DNA of 64,000 nt. It comes from Eledone cirrhosa. Taxonomy: Eukaryota. A model generated the notes under the pieces. The model had not been told where the DNA came from. It did not search any database and saw only the letters and a list, made by a program, of their open reading frames with translations. Shown here piece by piece: positions 14,636-28,379 of this stretch. The stretch's first letter is position 1. Each line of letters opens with the position of its first letter. Both the position numbers and the translations under genes were made by a program. The stretch spans positions 15,376,001-15,440,000 of the forward strand of contig OZ024750.1 of assembly GCA_964016885.1 (NCBI GenBank). Direction: 5' to 3'.

Positions 14636-15400
14636 TTCTTCTTCTTCTCCCACATATACCTGAGAGGGTCTTTGGGGCAGAGTCCTCAAGCACTGCTTCC
14701 AGTGGGTCCTGTCAGAAGTAACCATCTCCAACTCGATTCCCAAGCGAGACCAGCCAAGCTCATGGATGTTATCCAAACATCTTGCTCGGGGTCTACACGT
14801 GGGTCTCCTACCAGTTGGATTTTCCCATAAAATCTGTCCAGCGATTCTTTCTTGAGACAGTCTAACCACATGCCCATCATATTGGAGCTGTGATTTCTCA
14901 ATTCAAAGAAGTAGTGGCTCTACCTGTAGTGACTGTCTGATCTCAGAGCTACGCACTCTATCAAGTAACGTTACTCCAAAGACCCTTCAGAGGAACCCCC
15001 ATTTTGGCCGCTTGTATTCCTGATCATATTCTTTCAGTCATTACCCAAGATCCATGACCATAGGTAAGGGTTGGTATGAATACTGAATTGAAGATAGGGA
15101 GTTTGGCTTTTACACCCTTCTTCTGATTACCGAATGCTGAAACTGGCGCATTAATGCACCAGCTTCTGCAATTCTTGCACTTAGTTCAGCCTCCTGCCTT
15201 CCATCACTCATGAACACAGCCCTGAGACACTTGAAATTCTCCACCTGCTTCAGTGGAACTCAATTCACGTGTAGAATGCACTGCACAGGCTTCCTCAAGA
15301 GGATGAGTGTCTTAGTTTTTGCACTGATTTATATTCCAGCCATGCAGCACTCAACATTAAAGCTATCAAGTGCAAGTCGGAGATCACCTTCTGTTGAGTT
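14636..15400 (-). mobile_element. RTE-like LINE 3' fragment
   Basis: Decayed RT C-terminus (...ENPTGRRPTCRPRARCLDNI...) ending in a GAAGAAGAA tail. The same family occurs at 57520-57950 and 60910-61430. Confidence 0.8.
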
Positions 15401-16012
15401 ACCATCCTGGGTTATGAAAAGTTCAAGGAAACCAGCTGGATCTGCCTCAAACAATGTTAGATTTTCCCATGATGTGATCAGCCTAGTGTGCTTTTGAACA
15501 GATATCAAAAGACATGGCACCCATCAAGCAGAAACCTTCATCATGCCAAGTTCACTATGCAGAATATTCTCACCTCTCTCATAGGATATGCTAATAGCAT
15601 TGACTATTTGATTTATAGTCAATCGCCTGTCATCGATCACCATGTGTGGAACACAATCAATATAAATGGATGTTTTCCTCAGTGGTGGCAGTTGCAGAAC
15701 GTTCAGACCTTCGGAGGTCATCTACAAAACTCTCTCTTTCCCTCCAAAATTCTGCTGCCGATGTTTGTATTGTTGAAAAAGCTGTAGCATCATCCCCAGT
15801 CCTTGGGAGCTAAACCCTTTTTCTGCAGGTAGTTGATAACACCACAATATCAAATTTTGTCCATTTTCAAGGAAAGTCACTACTAGTTACTTTTGAACAG
15901 TCAGATGTCTGTTTACCTGGAAAGAAACAATGCAGTTATTAATAAGAAGAGTTGAAATTAATGCATGCAAGATTTCACAGCTTTACTATCACTCCTTGAT
16001 AGTCAGCCTATC
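15400..16012 (-). mobile_element. Mariner transposase N-terminal remnant
   Basis: DDRRLTINQIVNAISISYER..ILHSELGMMKVSA and FLELFITQD, typical of mariner. TIR-like ATAGGCTGAC at 16003-16012. Confidence 0.8.
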
Positions 16013-17024
16013 AACGAATGTATATATGTATGCAATGCTTGTGTATACATGGATGTATACAAGAGTGCATGTATACAGATAATTTGAGTTATAATTTGTA
16101 CTTATTTTACACCAGACAGTTAAATATGTCTAATACATATAATATATAGTTAACATCTGCATATATTCAAAAGCAATCATCATAACAAATGAATATATAA
16201 GAGAAGGAAGGATAGTGTTGAATCATATATGTTTATAGACAAACAGGACACAAATGTTCACAATATTGTAATGTTGAAAGGAAAGACAAAAGTATATACA
16301 GAAAATAAAGGAAAAATCATATTATCTTGCCAGCAACTAATTTTCTATAGTGGTTTATATGTAGTGTTGTGTTTGGAAACTTGCATAGGTGTTAATAAAA
16401 TGATTTAATATTTTACACACAGAGAACTGTGGATTGGCAGAATCGGTAGAGCGTCGGACTCCATGTGTTGCAGCATAGTGTTATGGCCCTTTGCATTCTG
16501 TGTTCAAATCCTGCTGTGGTTAGCTTTGCCTTTCATCCTTACAGGGTCGATAAAATAAAGTACCAGTCACGCACTGGGGTTGATTTAATTGACTTTCCCT
16601 CTCCCTACAAAAATTGCTGGCCTTGTGCCTAAATCAGAAACCATTATGTGTATGATGAAAATGTTCATGCTGTATGAAATAAATCAGTTTTTTTGTGTTC
16701 TTAGATGGCTTTTCTACTATTCCAATGTTTTTCCTATCCTTAAATATTTAAAAACATACATTTTAACTGTTAATTATTATATCATTTTAATCATTTATTT
16801 AAGTATAATAAACATTATTTTTATGGGAGATTAATGAATTTTACATTTTCATATGTTGAGAAATAATTTATTTTCTTTACTTTAAACAATATTAAAAGAT
16901 TTGATTGTCAAAACATTTTAAAAAGTATGAAACAAAAGTAAAATACAAGTTATAATAGGTTCTATACCAACACCAATTCATGTGTTTTTCTTGTCTGAAT
17001 GGGAGAAAACTTTCTGGAAAAATC

Positions 17025-17208
17025 TTAGGTCCGTTTCTTGAAGATTAAGCACTGCTTCACATCCATACTATATTGTAAGGAATTCAAGCTAATTTGCTTA
17101 TGTTCATCTTCCCCAATAACAGAAAGATGACCATGAGAGTCCAATCCACACACTTTCACATCAATTTTCTTTTCATTTTCAGTCTCCAAAGAGAATTTAT
17201 TTATATTT
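17025..17208 (-). CDS. HLCS: HLCS terminal coding exon 8
   Basis: TTCCAG|(R)NINKFSLETENEKKIDVKVCGLDSHGHLSVIGEDEHKQISLNSLQYSMDVKQCLIFKKRT-TAA. Matches the HLCS C-terminus GLDDSGFLQV...FDMLRNLILPKRR. Phase 2 fits exon 7. Total CDS 1803 nt. Confidence 0.88.
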
Positions 17209-18416
17209 CTGGAAGGTAAAATTCACAAAATAAATTTGATTTTGATATATGAGCACATTAGCAATGAAAAACCTTTATTTATTGTTCCACAAACATTAAA
17301 AATTAAATACAGTACATTTCTAACTAATTGTTGAACAATAAACAATGTAACCCTACTATACACGAATATCTGAAACTTATAGTTATTTGACTTTATTCTA
17401 GTTACTGCAAGATTAAGATGATGAAAAACATATATTTCCCTGGGAACATACTTGGCTATTCCAAGTAACTTTTCCAGTTTTGATAGCTGTTCTACAATCT
17501 AGATGAATTGAGTGACACAAAACAAATATCTGAAAATACAACAATACCACTATAATAAATTTATAATTATATTTGGAAAGCAGGTGTTATTCTATTTCCA
17601 TATGGTCATTGTGTCACCAATAAAATGTACATCTATCAATTCAAACAAACAAAGGAAACACTTTCATTAGCTTTCTACTACAAATATAATTTGAAATTAT
17701 ATTATCTATATCCAGCTGTAAATAGGAACAATTCTATAAAGACAATCAGGATAGTTTCCTTCATATATGTTCCAGAAATACCATTAAAAAAAAACTAATA
17801 GATCTTACATTGATGTCCTGAGGATATTTTAGTGTTACTTGATTACATTCAAACTTGATTACATTGAAACTTGCATAGGTGTTAATAAAATGATTTAATA
17901 TTTTACACACAGAGAACTGTGGATTGGCAGAATTGGTAGAGCGTCGGACTCCATGTGTTGCAGCATAGTGTTATGGCCCTTTGCATCCTGTGTTCAAATC
18001 CTGCTGTGGTTAGCTTTGCCTTTCATCCTTACAGGGTCGATAAAATAAAGTACCAGTCACGCACTGGGGTTGATTTAATTGACTTTCCCTCTCCCTACAA
18101 AAATTGCTGGCCTTGTGCCTAAATCAGAAACCATTATTTTACACAGAGCAGGGTGGTAAACTGGGAGTACCGGTAGAGCGTCGGACATCATGCTTTGTAG
18201 CATAGAGTTATGTCCCTTTGCGTTCTGAGTTCAAATCCCGCCGAGGTTAACTTTGCCTTTCATCCTTACTGGGGCGATAAAATAAAGTACCAGTAATGCA
18301 CTGAGGTAATTGCTGGCCTTGTGCCAAAAGTCGAAACAATTATTTTATACACAGTCAGTAACTCTACTTGAGTACTAACTTGGTCAGTGAAGACCTGTTC
18401 AACCCTTACTAGCAGA

Positions 18417-18592
18417 GATGATGAAGGTTAAGGTGATGATGGTGATGATGATGGTGGTGATGATGGTGGTGATGATGGTGATGATGATGATGGTATTGGT
18501 GAGGATGCTGATAGAGATTATGATGGTGGTGATTATGATGGTTATGGTGATGATGATGATAATGGTGATGTTGATGATGAGGGTGATGATGA
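18417..18592. repeat. Degenerate (GAT/GGT)n trinucleotide repeat
   Basis: Direct reading. Gives the poly-His/Ile/Met ORFs. Confidence 0.9.
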
Positions 18593-19406
18593 ATATATGC
18601 GGCAAGTAGAAGCTCGGTGTCAATATCTGGATATTTGATCACCATCCTCCCCCGCACCACCCACTTCTCCCAGCATGTAGCTGCAAGCGGGTTTCGGTGA
18701 ATAGCAACAAGAATAAAGCCAGCAATGACAACATAGTAACAACAACAATATAAAATCTATGTAACCAAACCATTGAAAAAGCAATACTTGCTGTTCAGGC
18801 ACTCTAGAATCCAGAACTATGTAGCCTATCATCAAACTCTTCATTGGTGTGAAACATTGTATAGCCACAAAGATCTTACTTTCTTCACACAAAATCTGAA
18901 TTAATTTGACATTTTGATGTTAGTCTAAAAATGATTCAAAAACTACCAGAACGCTAACATAATATATGAATTTTAACAACTTCTTTCTATTGATATGAGA
19001 ATTAAGAACCATTTTCTGTGTGGCTGTGAGCCAATTTTTCTCAGTATCATTATGATGAAGCTTATATATGAAACTAGTATCTTAAATACCTATGCCATAC
19101 AACATGTTATATTCCAGAGCATAGAAATATATTTTCATACGCTGAATGTTTGAATTTTCATGCTTTATTCATGTGTGTGTGTATAGAGAGAGAGGGAGAG
19201 AGAGAGAGAGAGAGGAGGGTGTACATGAAAACATATATATACAATAAACAGATGAGTAGGCGTGCTATCAAAGACAAATATCTTTTCATAACAAAAGAAA
19301 TGTACTTTTCTCCATTTTCTCTGCGTGAATATATTACACAGTTACCAGTATGTTTTGTGAATGTCATACAGCATTATTTCAAGATTGACTACTGTCAATA
19401 TATATA

Positions 19407-19880
19407 TACAAGTGTCAGCTGAAATGTTCATAGGCTGACCAAAATACTCTCACGGAATGTGAATAAATGAAGTTTATTTTTCAACAAAGTCCCCCATGCA
19501 ATCCACACACTTTTTCCATTGGTGTTGCAGTACTTTGATCCCATTGTGAAGAAGCGTTCATCATGTTGGTCAAAAAAGTCATCATCACTGCAGATTCTGA
19601 GCCAAGTGTGTTTCATGCTGGAGAACAGATGATAATCAGATGGGGTCAAATCAGGAGAATAAAGAGAATGATCAACCAGTTCAAAGCCATAGTCATGTAT
19701 AACAGCCATTGAAACCAAGGATTGTGAGTATTGTCCTGATGAAATAAGACCCCTTTCGTCAGTTTTCCTGGGCGTTTGGTCTTGATAGCCTTTCATAACT
19801 GCCTCAACAAGTTGGTATAGTACTCTCTATTGTTAGTGTGGCTCTTTTGAAGATAGTCAATAAATACAATGCTTTTAAGA
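19407..19880 (-). mobile_element. Mariner transposase C-terminal remnant
   Basis: GFELVDHSLYSPDLTPSDYHLFSSMK contains the YSPDLAPSD motif. TIR-like end at 19407-19440. Confidence 0.85.
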
Positions 19881-21006
19881 ATTTACAGTCACACATTTAA
19901 AGTTGCTAATAACAGAGCATATGGAAGGACTCTATACTAGTAATTTGACCTAATTATAAGCTCTTATATTGACTAACTGTGTGTTGGCTTGAGTGCAGGG
20001 GTAGATCTCTTGCTACAAATAGTACTACTGCACAATGATTTAATCTGTTTTGTACTATAATGTTCAATCACACTATATTTAGTACTTAATTTATACCTAA
20101 TTGAAGGGCATATTATAAGGATGGATCAAACTGGAAATTCAGGTTAGAAAAATCACTCTCATTGAATGAGTATGAACACTTACATGATAAATTTAATAAC
20201 TCTTATTTTGTTCACTCTGCTGATAATAAACCAAATTAAATGCAAACTAACCTGGGCATGGAACCATTAGCTATGAATACTATGAAAAATTCTTTCAACT
20301 TCTGCCAATCTCCAAGGGTTCTTGTCACAGTCACTGCTGATTATTTATTTCATATAGTGAATAAATCCCCAGAACACCCTATATCTTATATATATATACA
20401 CATTAGATATCAGTCTAAACCCTTATTGTCATCTTCGTTTAACATCCATCTTCCACGCTAGCATGTATATATATATATATGTGTGTGTGTGTATTGAGAG
20501 AGAGAATGATAGACAGAGACAGGCTGACAATTACACTACAGAACATGGCTTTCGAATGTAAAATGAAATGAAAATAATCTTGGCAATATCCATGCAATTT
20601 CAATAGTTGAGATGCTTGGAGACCTGCCAGCTAACAACATTCTAGAGTTCTAAAGTACTTCTTCCCAAACCATACAAGAAATATTGCAATATTTTCAAGC
20701 ACACAGGGCTTCTGATTTATATGCTCAATTAAAACTGATGTTCAATGTTTTTGTTCAATTCTTGTCAGTTGTATTAGCAATGAAATATGTTAATACTAAA
20801 AATCAAAAGAAATTTGTGGTCTTATACAAGCAGGCCATCATACATTGAGGTATCCCAAACAAAATATTATAATGTGATCTCTACAAGCCACACTTAAGAA
20901 AATTTTATTTATTATGCCAAGAGTTATATGTTGTTATATGGAATCTCTGATAATGGGTGTCTGTATTTATCATATTACATTATTTAAACAGAGTAAAACA
21001 CCTTAC

Positions 21007-21232
21007 CTGTGTATCCAGTATTCATAAAACAATTTCTCAAAATCTTTAGGTCCGTTATTGTTGAATTTAGTCATAAATTGTTCAAATATTGTTATAGTTC
21101 TGGCAATAATCTTTTCTGTGCTTAATTCAGGCAGAATCTCCATTTTATTTAATGATCTCTTTTTATTTTCTAGTTTAATGAGATCATTTATGCAGACTGT
21201 TGGATTATGATTGCTAACATTCAGCCCAGCTC
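21007..21232 (-). CDS. HLCS: HLCS coding exon 7
   Basis: TTGAAG|GAGLNVSNHNPTVCINDLI...IIARTITIFEQFMTKFNNNGPKDFEKLFYEYWIH|GTAAGG. Matches HLCS GCGFNVTNSNPTICINDLI...YYRYWVHS. 226 nt, phase 1/2. Confidence 0.94.
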
Positions 21233-21479
21233 CTTCAAGAAAGAATAGAGCAACATGCTAGCATGGAAAATGGACGTTAAACGATGATGATGATGATGAT
21301 GATGATGACCTTGACTAAAATATATATAGATAGATAGATAGATAGATGAGCGAGAGAGAGAGAGAATATGTGGTCAGTAAATAAATATCTTTTTTATATT
21401 ATCTACTGATTCTCTAGATTTCTTTACAAAGGAATTAAAAACTACCTCCTTTCTTTTTGTATATAGGAGTGTATATATA

Positions 21480-21527
<48 letters not shown>

Positions 21528-21664
21528 TGGGTGTTCAAAAATGCATACACACTTTGATTACATGCTGTTGAAGTGCATATAAATTTTGGGGGGGGACACC
21601 CTGTATATATATATAAGGTAAATTATATGAGTTGATGATACAACTGTATAAGGCATTCAGATAT

Positions 21665-21891
21665 TTAACCCTTTAGCATTTAAAGCGGCCATATTCGGCC
21701 AAAATTCTCACACCTCTTTCTGTTCAAACCGGCTGTACCTGGTCACTCATACTGATGTTAAGGTATTTTTCTTGAAATAAATAACATCAATATCTCATAG
21801 ATTCTATATTATGAGATAATTATGTAAGATGAAGACTTTAATGTGAAAATACAATAGTATATATAGAGTAATGTAAATGCTAAAGGGTTAA
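21665..21891. mobile_element. piggyBac-type MITE (relatives at ~7583-7776, 25975-26353, 29775-30001, 42165-42394, 45801-46028, 57091-57322)
   Basis: TTAA-CCCTTTAGCATT ... AATGCTAAAGGG-TTAA termini, about 225 bp. The copy at 25975 is interrupted by a SINE. Confidence 0.85.
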
Positions 21892-22165
21892 AACTCAAAT
21901 GTAATTTTATCAACATCAAGATTGACAAAAGACAGTTCAGCGTTTAATCCAATTTATAAATTTCCAATCACTGTAGTATTACAAAATCAGAGAACATATA
22001 TAAATAAAAAAATAATCACCAAGGTTTAATACATTAATACATTATTTAATTGATTTATATATGTTTCATTCTAATACCATAGGAGATAGTATTTAATTAC
22101 TTTGTAGAGAAATCTAGAGAATCAGTAGATAATATAAAAAAGATATTTATTTACCAATCACATGT

Positions 22166-22197
<32 letters not shown>

Positions 22198-23594
22198 CTC
22201 TATATATATATATATATTATTTCACATTGCTCCAGTTCACTCAGCTGTAGAAATGAGATGATAGGGACTGGGGTCCCTATCATTCCACTGTAAAGTGGAC
22301 GTGTAGGTGCCACGGCAAAAAAAAGCACCCAGCACTCACTGTAAATGAGGTTGGTGTTAGGAAGGGCATCCAGCTGTAGAAATCAAGCCAGAATCAGCCC
22401 GTCCCACCCTTGCAAGCAGGGAAAAGTGGACGTAAAATGATGATGATGATGATGATATATATACATACATATACATATATATGTGTATATATATTTTAGT
22501 CAAGGTCATATATTTTCAGGTTATATTCAATACAGACAACTGATATGATAGTGCAAATGTAGCTATAAACATGCAGCAATACATACTTAAAATAATTGTT
22601 TCTACTTTTGGCACAAGGCCAGCAATTATCTCAGTATGTTACTGGTACTTTATTTTATTGACCCCATAAGGATGAATGGCAAAGTTAACCTTGGCACGAT
22701 TTGAACTCAGACCATAAAGGGCTGTAACTATATGCTGCAGAGCATGGCGTCCGACCATCTACTGATACTGCCATTATTAGCAGTATCGGTAGAGGGTCGG
22801 ACGCCATGCTTTCCAGCATAGTTATGTCCCCTTACGATCTGAGTTCAAATCCCGCCGAGGTTGACTTTGCCTTTCATCCTTACGGGGTTGATAAAATAAA
22901 GTACCAGTAATGAACTGGGTGATTGCTGGCCTTGTGCCAAAAGTAGAAACAATTATACTTAGAATACATAATTAAAATATTGTTGGTGTAAAATCTCTCT
23001 GGAAATCATGTAAACCTGGCACAATTTTATTCCTATTTAAATCTCATCAGCTTCTAAGTCACATGTTCTATATTCATATTAAATAGTCTTATGATAACCA
23101 ATAATTATTATTTGGTTGTGATTGGCGATGGATTGGCAGTATCTGTAGAGAGTCGTCGGACGCTATGCTTTGACGCATAGAGTTACGGCCCTTGCCATTC
23201 TGAATTCGAATCCCGCCGAGGTTAACTTTGCCTTTCATCCTTACAGGGTGGATAAAATAAAGTACCCGTAATTCATTGGGTAATTGCTGGCCTTGTGCCA
23301 AAAGTAGAAACAATTATTTGGTTGTGAAAGTTTGATAAGATCATAACAATAATTATATAATACACTATACAGCAAATGTATTAATGACCCTGTATAAACT
23401 GACACACACACACACGCACACACAAGTACACGTACACATGTATAATTAGTGATTAGTGACTTCAGAGCAAAAGATAGAAGGACAAGAGACAAAATAGATC
23501 TCGGAGAATAAAACCATGAAAACTGAAAGAGACTTTGACTTCCACAAATTCTGAGAAGTTCTTATTTATATTTATTACAGGATGTAATAAATAT

Positions 23595-24496
23595 AAATAT
23601 AAGTATGTATACGTACATATCTATATGTATACAGACGTACAGTAGTATGCATATATATACATACATGCACACATATATATATATGTACGTATGGATTTAC
23701 CGAACATTTATTATAATGCTCGGTTTGTTTGTAAACAAACATCCCGAATTAAGCCATACAGCCATACGAATTAAAGCAACCATCGTTGCCCTTTTGTTCA
23801 ACACTGACAAAGGAACGATGTACTAGTTTGAAGCTTATTAGCTATCGTCAGCACCATATACCTTCCTGCCAGATGATTGAACGTCTGAAAGTATATACTT
23901 TCCTTATGCATATTAATGGCTGAGTAGCCTAATTTGCATATCGAGTAAGTTAATCGGCCGGGTGCACCGAAAACGATAAATGGAAAAAATGAAAAAAAAT
24001 TTAAGTAACAGCCGTACTAAGAGTGAGAAATGAAATTTTGTTTCATTTTTTCCGTTTATCGTTTTTGGTACCCCAGCCGATTAACTCACTCGATATGCAA
24101 ATTAGGCTGCTCAGCCGTTGATATGCATAAGGAAAGTATATACTTTCAGACGTTCAATCATCTGGCAGGAAGGTAAAGAAGGTATACGTTGCTGACGATA
24201 GCTAATAAGCTTGAAACTAGTACAGCGTTCCTTTGTCAGGGCTGAACAAATGAGCAACGATGGTTGCTAGACACTGTACAGCTTAATTCGGGATGTTTGT
24301 TTACAAACACACCGAGCATTATAATAAATGTTCGGTGAATCCATACGTGCATATATATATATGTGTGCATGTATGTATATATATACATACTACTGTACGT
24401 CTGTATACATATATATATGTACGTATACATACTTATATTTAAGTAACAGCCGTACTAAGAGTGAGAAATGAAATTTCGTTTCATTTTTTCCATTTA
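23595..24496. repeat. Long inverted repeat (~410-bp arms) with duplicated spacer
   Basis: 23595-24002 is roughly the reverse complement of 24032-24440. AAGTAACAGCCGTACTAAGAGTGAGAAATGAAATT occurs at 24003 and again at 24441. Confidence 0.9.
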
Positions 24497-26995
24497 ATAA
24501 ATATAACATATAGGAAAATTAAGAATTTCTATGTGACAGCCTGCTCAAGGCTACAGACAAGTTCTGTGGTTGGGGAAAGGTTCCAGCAGGATGGAAGGTG
24601 ATATGATGGTAGAATACTACTGTAAATAGAGACAGTTCTGGAAAAAAAGTAGAATAATAGGGGGAGGTAGCAGGGGACCATATTTAATAACTAAAAGGAG
24701 CAGATGGCTGGTGTCTCACATGAAGCTTATCTATCCTTTGTCGGTCTTGTTTTTCATCCTCCTGGGTAGCTAAACACCCTTCTCACCTGACAGGTCATAG
24801 CCAGGTGGGGAAGCCAGTTTCGTAGCTGACTACTTGACCATTACCCAAGCTGTAATGATTTACAAGGCTTCGGTACTGTAAGACAGCCTGACAATATACA
24901 CGCTTTATCTAAATTCATTTTTATACAAGGATAAGAAATCCTTTGTAAAAAGAAGCAGACATTAAACTGTGGTTTAATGTAAAGAAAAACGAATAGAGAC
25001 AGAAATCAGATGATATAACAATATAGACAAACACACAATTAACTTAAAGGCAACCTCAGCTTCACAGAAAAATATGAAAGATGAATCTGTCTGTGAGCTG
25101 AAGAAAACAAATATGAAAATAGCTGAAATAAATCATGGTTATACTATAAATAAACACAGCCATCAAAAGCTAGAAATAACATATTTGAGGTGGGATATGT
25201 TACATCTACCATGATGTAAAAAAAAAAAAAATATCTAATGTTTCAAGCAGTAATACTTTCAGCAAAGAATAGCAAAGACTAGTTTGATATTCCTTCTCAT
25301 GTTACACACACATTTTTTCTTAATTAACTCCTGCTAACACAGATAACTTAACGCTAATCTATTTGAACTTTGATAGTGATTATCATACATATGCGTGTAT
25401 GTATATAAATGCGTGTGTGTGTGTGTGAGTGTCCCTGTATGGGTATATATTTGTGTGTATATATATTATAAGAACAGATTATATATATATAATCCATATC
25501 GAACCCTCTTTGGATTTTAGTCTTCACATTTATTATTACTATATATATATATAAATGATGTATTTCATATAAAAATGACCTTTACAGGACTAGAACTATT
25601 TTATTCATTGCAAACTCATCACAGCTTTCCAGATGATTTCAAATGAATGAAACAGTTCTAGTCCCATAAAAGTCATTATACCTTCTCTACTTAATGTATT
25701 GAGTTCAATTTTAATCATGGTCTCTTTCTGTTCCTCTTTAAGAAACCATTCTTAATCATATATATATATATATATATTTTAACCATCATCATCATCATCA
25801 TTGTTATTGTGTTTATGTTGACTTATCCATGCTGGCATGGGTTGGATAGGAATTTTTTAAGCAATGTTTAACAGTCTGATACCTTTCCTGACAATTAATC
25901 CTTTTAGTCATTTTTTACAATATGCAGTGATACAGTGTAACTATTCTAAGCTATACACATATACTCAAAAATGTTTAACACCTTAGCATTTACATTACTC
26001 TATATACACTATTATATTTTGACGCATAGAGTTACGGCCCTTGCCATTCTGAGTTCAAATCCCGTCGAGGTTAACTTTGCCTTTCATCCTTACGGGGTCG
26101 ATAAAATAAAGTTCCAGTAATGTACTGGGTAATTACTGGCCTTGTGCCAAAAGTAGAAACAATTATATTTTCATGGTAAAGTCTTTACCTTATATAATTA
26201 CCTCACATAATATCGAGTCTATGAGATTTTGATATTACTTATTTTGTGAACAATACATTAACATTAGTATGAGCAGTCAGTTAGAGCCAGTTTGAACAGA
26301 AAGAGGTGAGAGAAATCTAGCTGGATATGGCCGGGTTGAATGCTAAAGGGTTAAAGACCATGTAGAAACATTCACATTAGCTCATCTCAATGTTGTTAAA
26401 CTAGTAACTAAAATAGTTACTACTACGAAGAAGATTTGAGTATAGCACCTTCTATATGGATGTAGGTGTGTGCAGAGGAAGAGCATACACACTTGTACAG
26501 GGGTAGAGTGTAATTAATTTAAAAATTTATATCCTTGCGAAAAGAGAAGAGGAAATCTTGTCAAGACTAAAGTGAAAAAAGACACCCATAAGTTTCCTGC
26601 CATAAACACTTGCAAAAATATTTTCAATGCAAGCTGAAATGAAGGATCATAGAGCAGACAGCATCAAAATGCACCCTTTGAAGACTGTACATCTGACATT
26701 CAAAGTGAAAATCAAAAGAATTTTGTACAAAATGTTTATTTCCAGAAAGTTGGTGAAGAAATTCTCCATCACAAACTAATTGTAGCTCATTCTGAGACAA
26801 ATGAGTAAACCAGTTTGCTATGATGTGTATAAAGCGATTGAGGAGCTGACTCCTATCTGAATGAAGTATTTTAGTCAGGAAGTAATTGAGGCTTCTGTCG
26901 AAGTAATTACCAATATTTTGGCTGATGATTGAGAAATTACTCTTAAACAGGAGATAGAAACATCATAAACGATATTTGATTGATTGCTGTGTGTG

Positions 26996-26996
26996 C

Positions 26997-27035
<39 letters not shown>

Positions 27036-27333
27036 CATATATATACATATATATACATATATATACATATATATACAAATATACATATATATACATATAT
27101 ACACATATATACACACATATATATATATATATATATACATATATACATATATATACATATATATACATATATATACATATATACATATATATACATATAT
27201 ATACATATATATATACATATACATATATACATATATATATACATATACATATATATATATACACATATATATACATATATATATATACATATATATATAT
27301 ATACATATATATATACATATATATACACATATA

Positions 27334-27365
<32 letters not shown>

Positions 27366-27993
27366 CATATATATATACATATATATACATATATATACAT
27401 ATATATATACATATATATACATATATATATACATATATATACATATATATATACATATATATACATATATATATACATATATATACATATATATACATAT
27501 ATATACATATATATATACATATATATACATATATATACATATATATATACATATATATACATATATATATACATATATATACATATATATATACATATAT
27601 ATACATATATATATACATATATATACATATATATATACATATATACATATATATACATATATATATACATATATATACATATATATATACATATATATAC
27701 ATATATATATACATATATATACATATATATATATATACATATATATACATATATATATACATATATATACATATATATATACATATATATATACACATAT
27801 AAATATATATATATACATATATATACATATATATATATACATATATATATATACATATATATACATATATATATACATATATATATACACATATATATAC
27901 ACATATATATACATATATATATACATATATATACATATATATATATATATACATATATATACACATATATATATATATACATATATATATATA
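26996..27993. repeat. ~1-kb compound (TA)n/(TACA) microsatellite
   Basis: Direct reading. Source of the spurious YI/HIY ORFs. Confidence 0.97.
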
Positions 27994-28119
27994 CAGTTCT
28001 AGTCCTGTAGAATCTCACTTTTATACTCTGCTATATATTGAGTACCTTACTTACTGTGGTTACCTCCGATCCAACCTGGAATAACTTACCTATATATATA
28101 TATATATATGTTTATCCTG

Positions 28120-28249
28120 GCTTCCTGATGATTTCTCATGAATGAAACAGTTCTAGTCCTGTAGAAGCTTTCATATATATATATAGATATGTTTATCCTG
28201 GCTTCCTGATGATATCTCATGAATGAAACAGCTCTAGTCCTTTAGAAGC
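28120..28249 (+). ncRNA. Two tandem hammerhead motifs (dispersed PLE-type family)
   Basis: GCTTC-CTGATGA-tTTC tcat GAAt-GAAA-CAG ttctagtc CTG-TA^GAAGC at 28120-28168. A degenerate second copy lies at 28201-28249. Confidence 0.7.

Positions 28250-28379
<130 letters not shown>

Noticed and set aside
18409-18660. His-rich ORF
   Set aside because: Explained by a degenerate trinucleotide repeat.
26875-28018. Six long ORFs (272-363 aa)
   Set aside because: Translations of a TA/CA microsatellite. The same applies to the YI, HT, CV and ER ORFs elsewhere.
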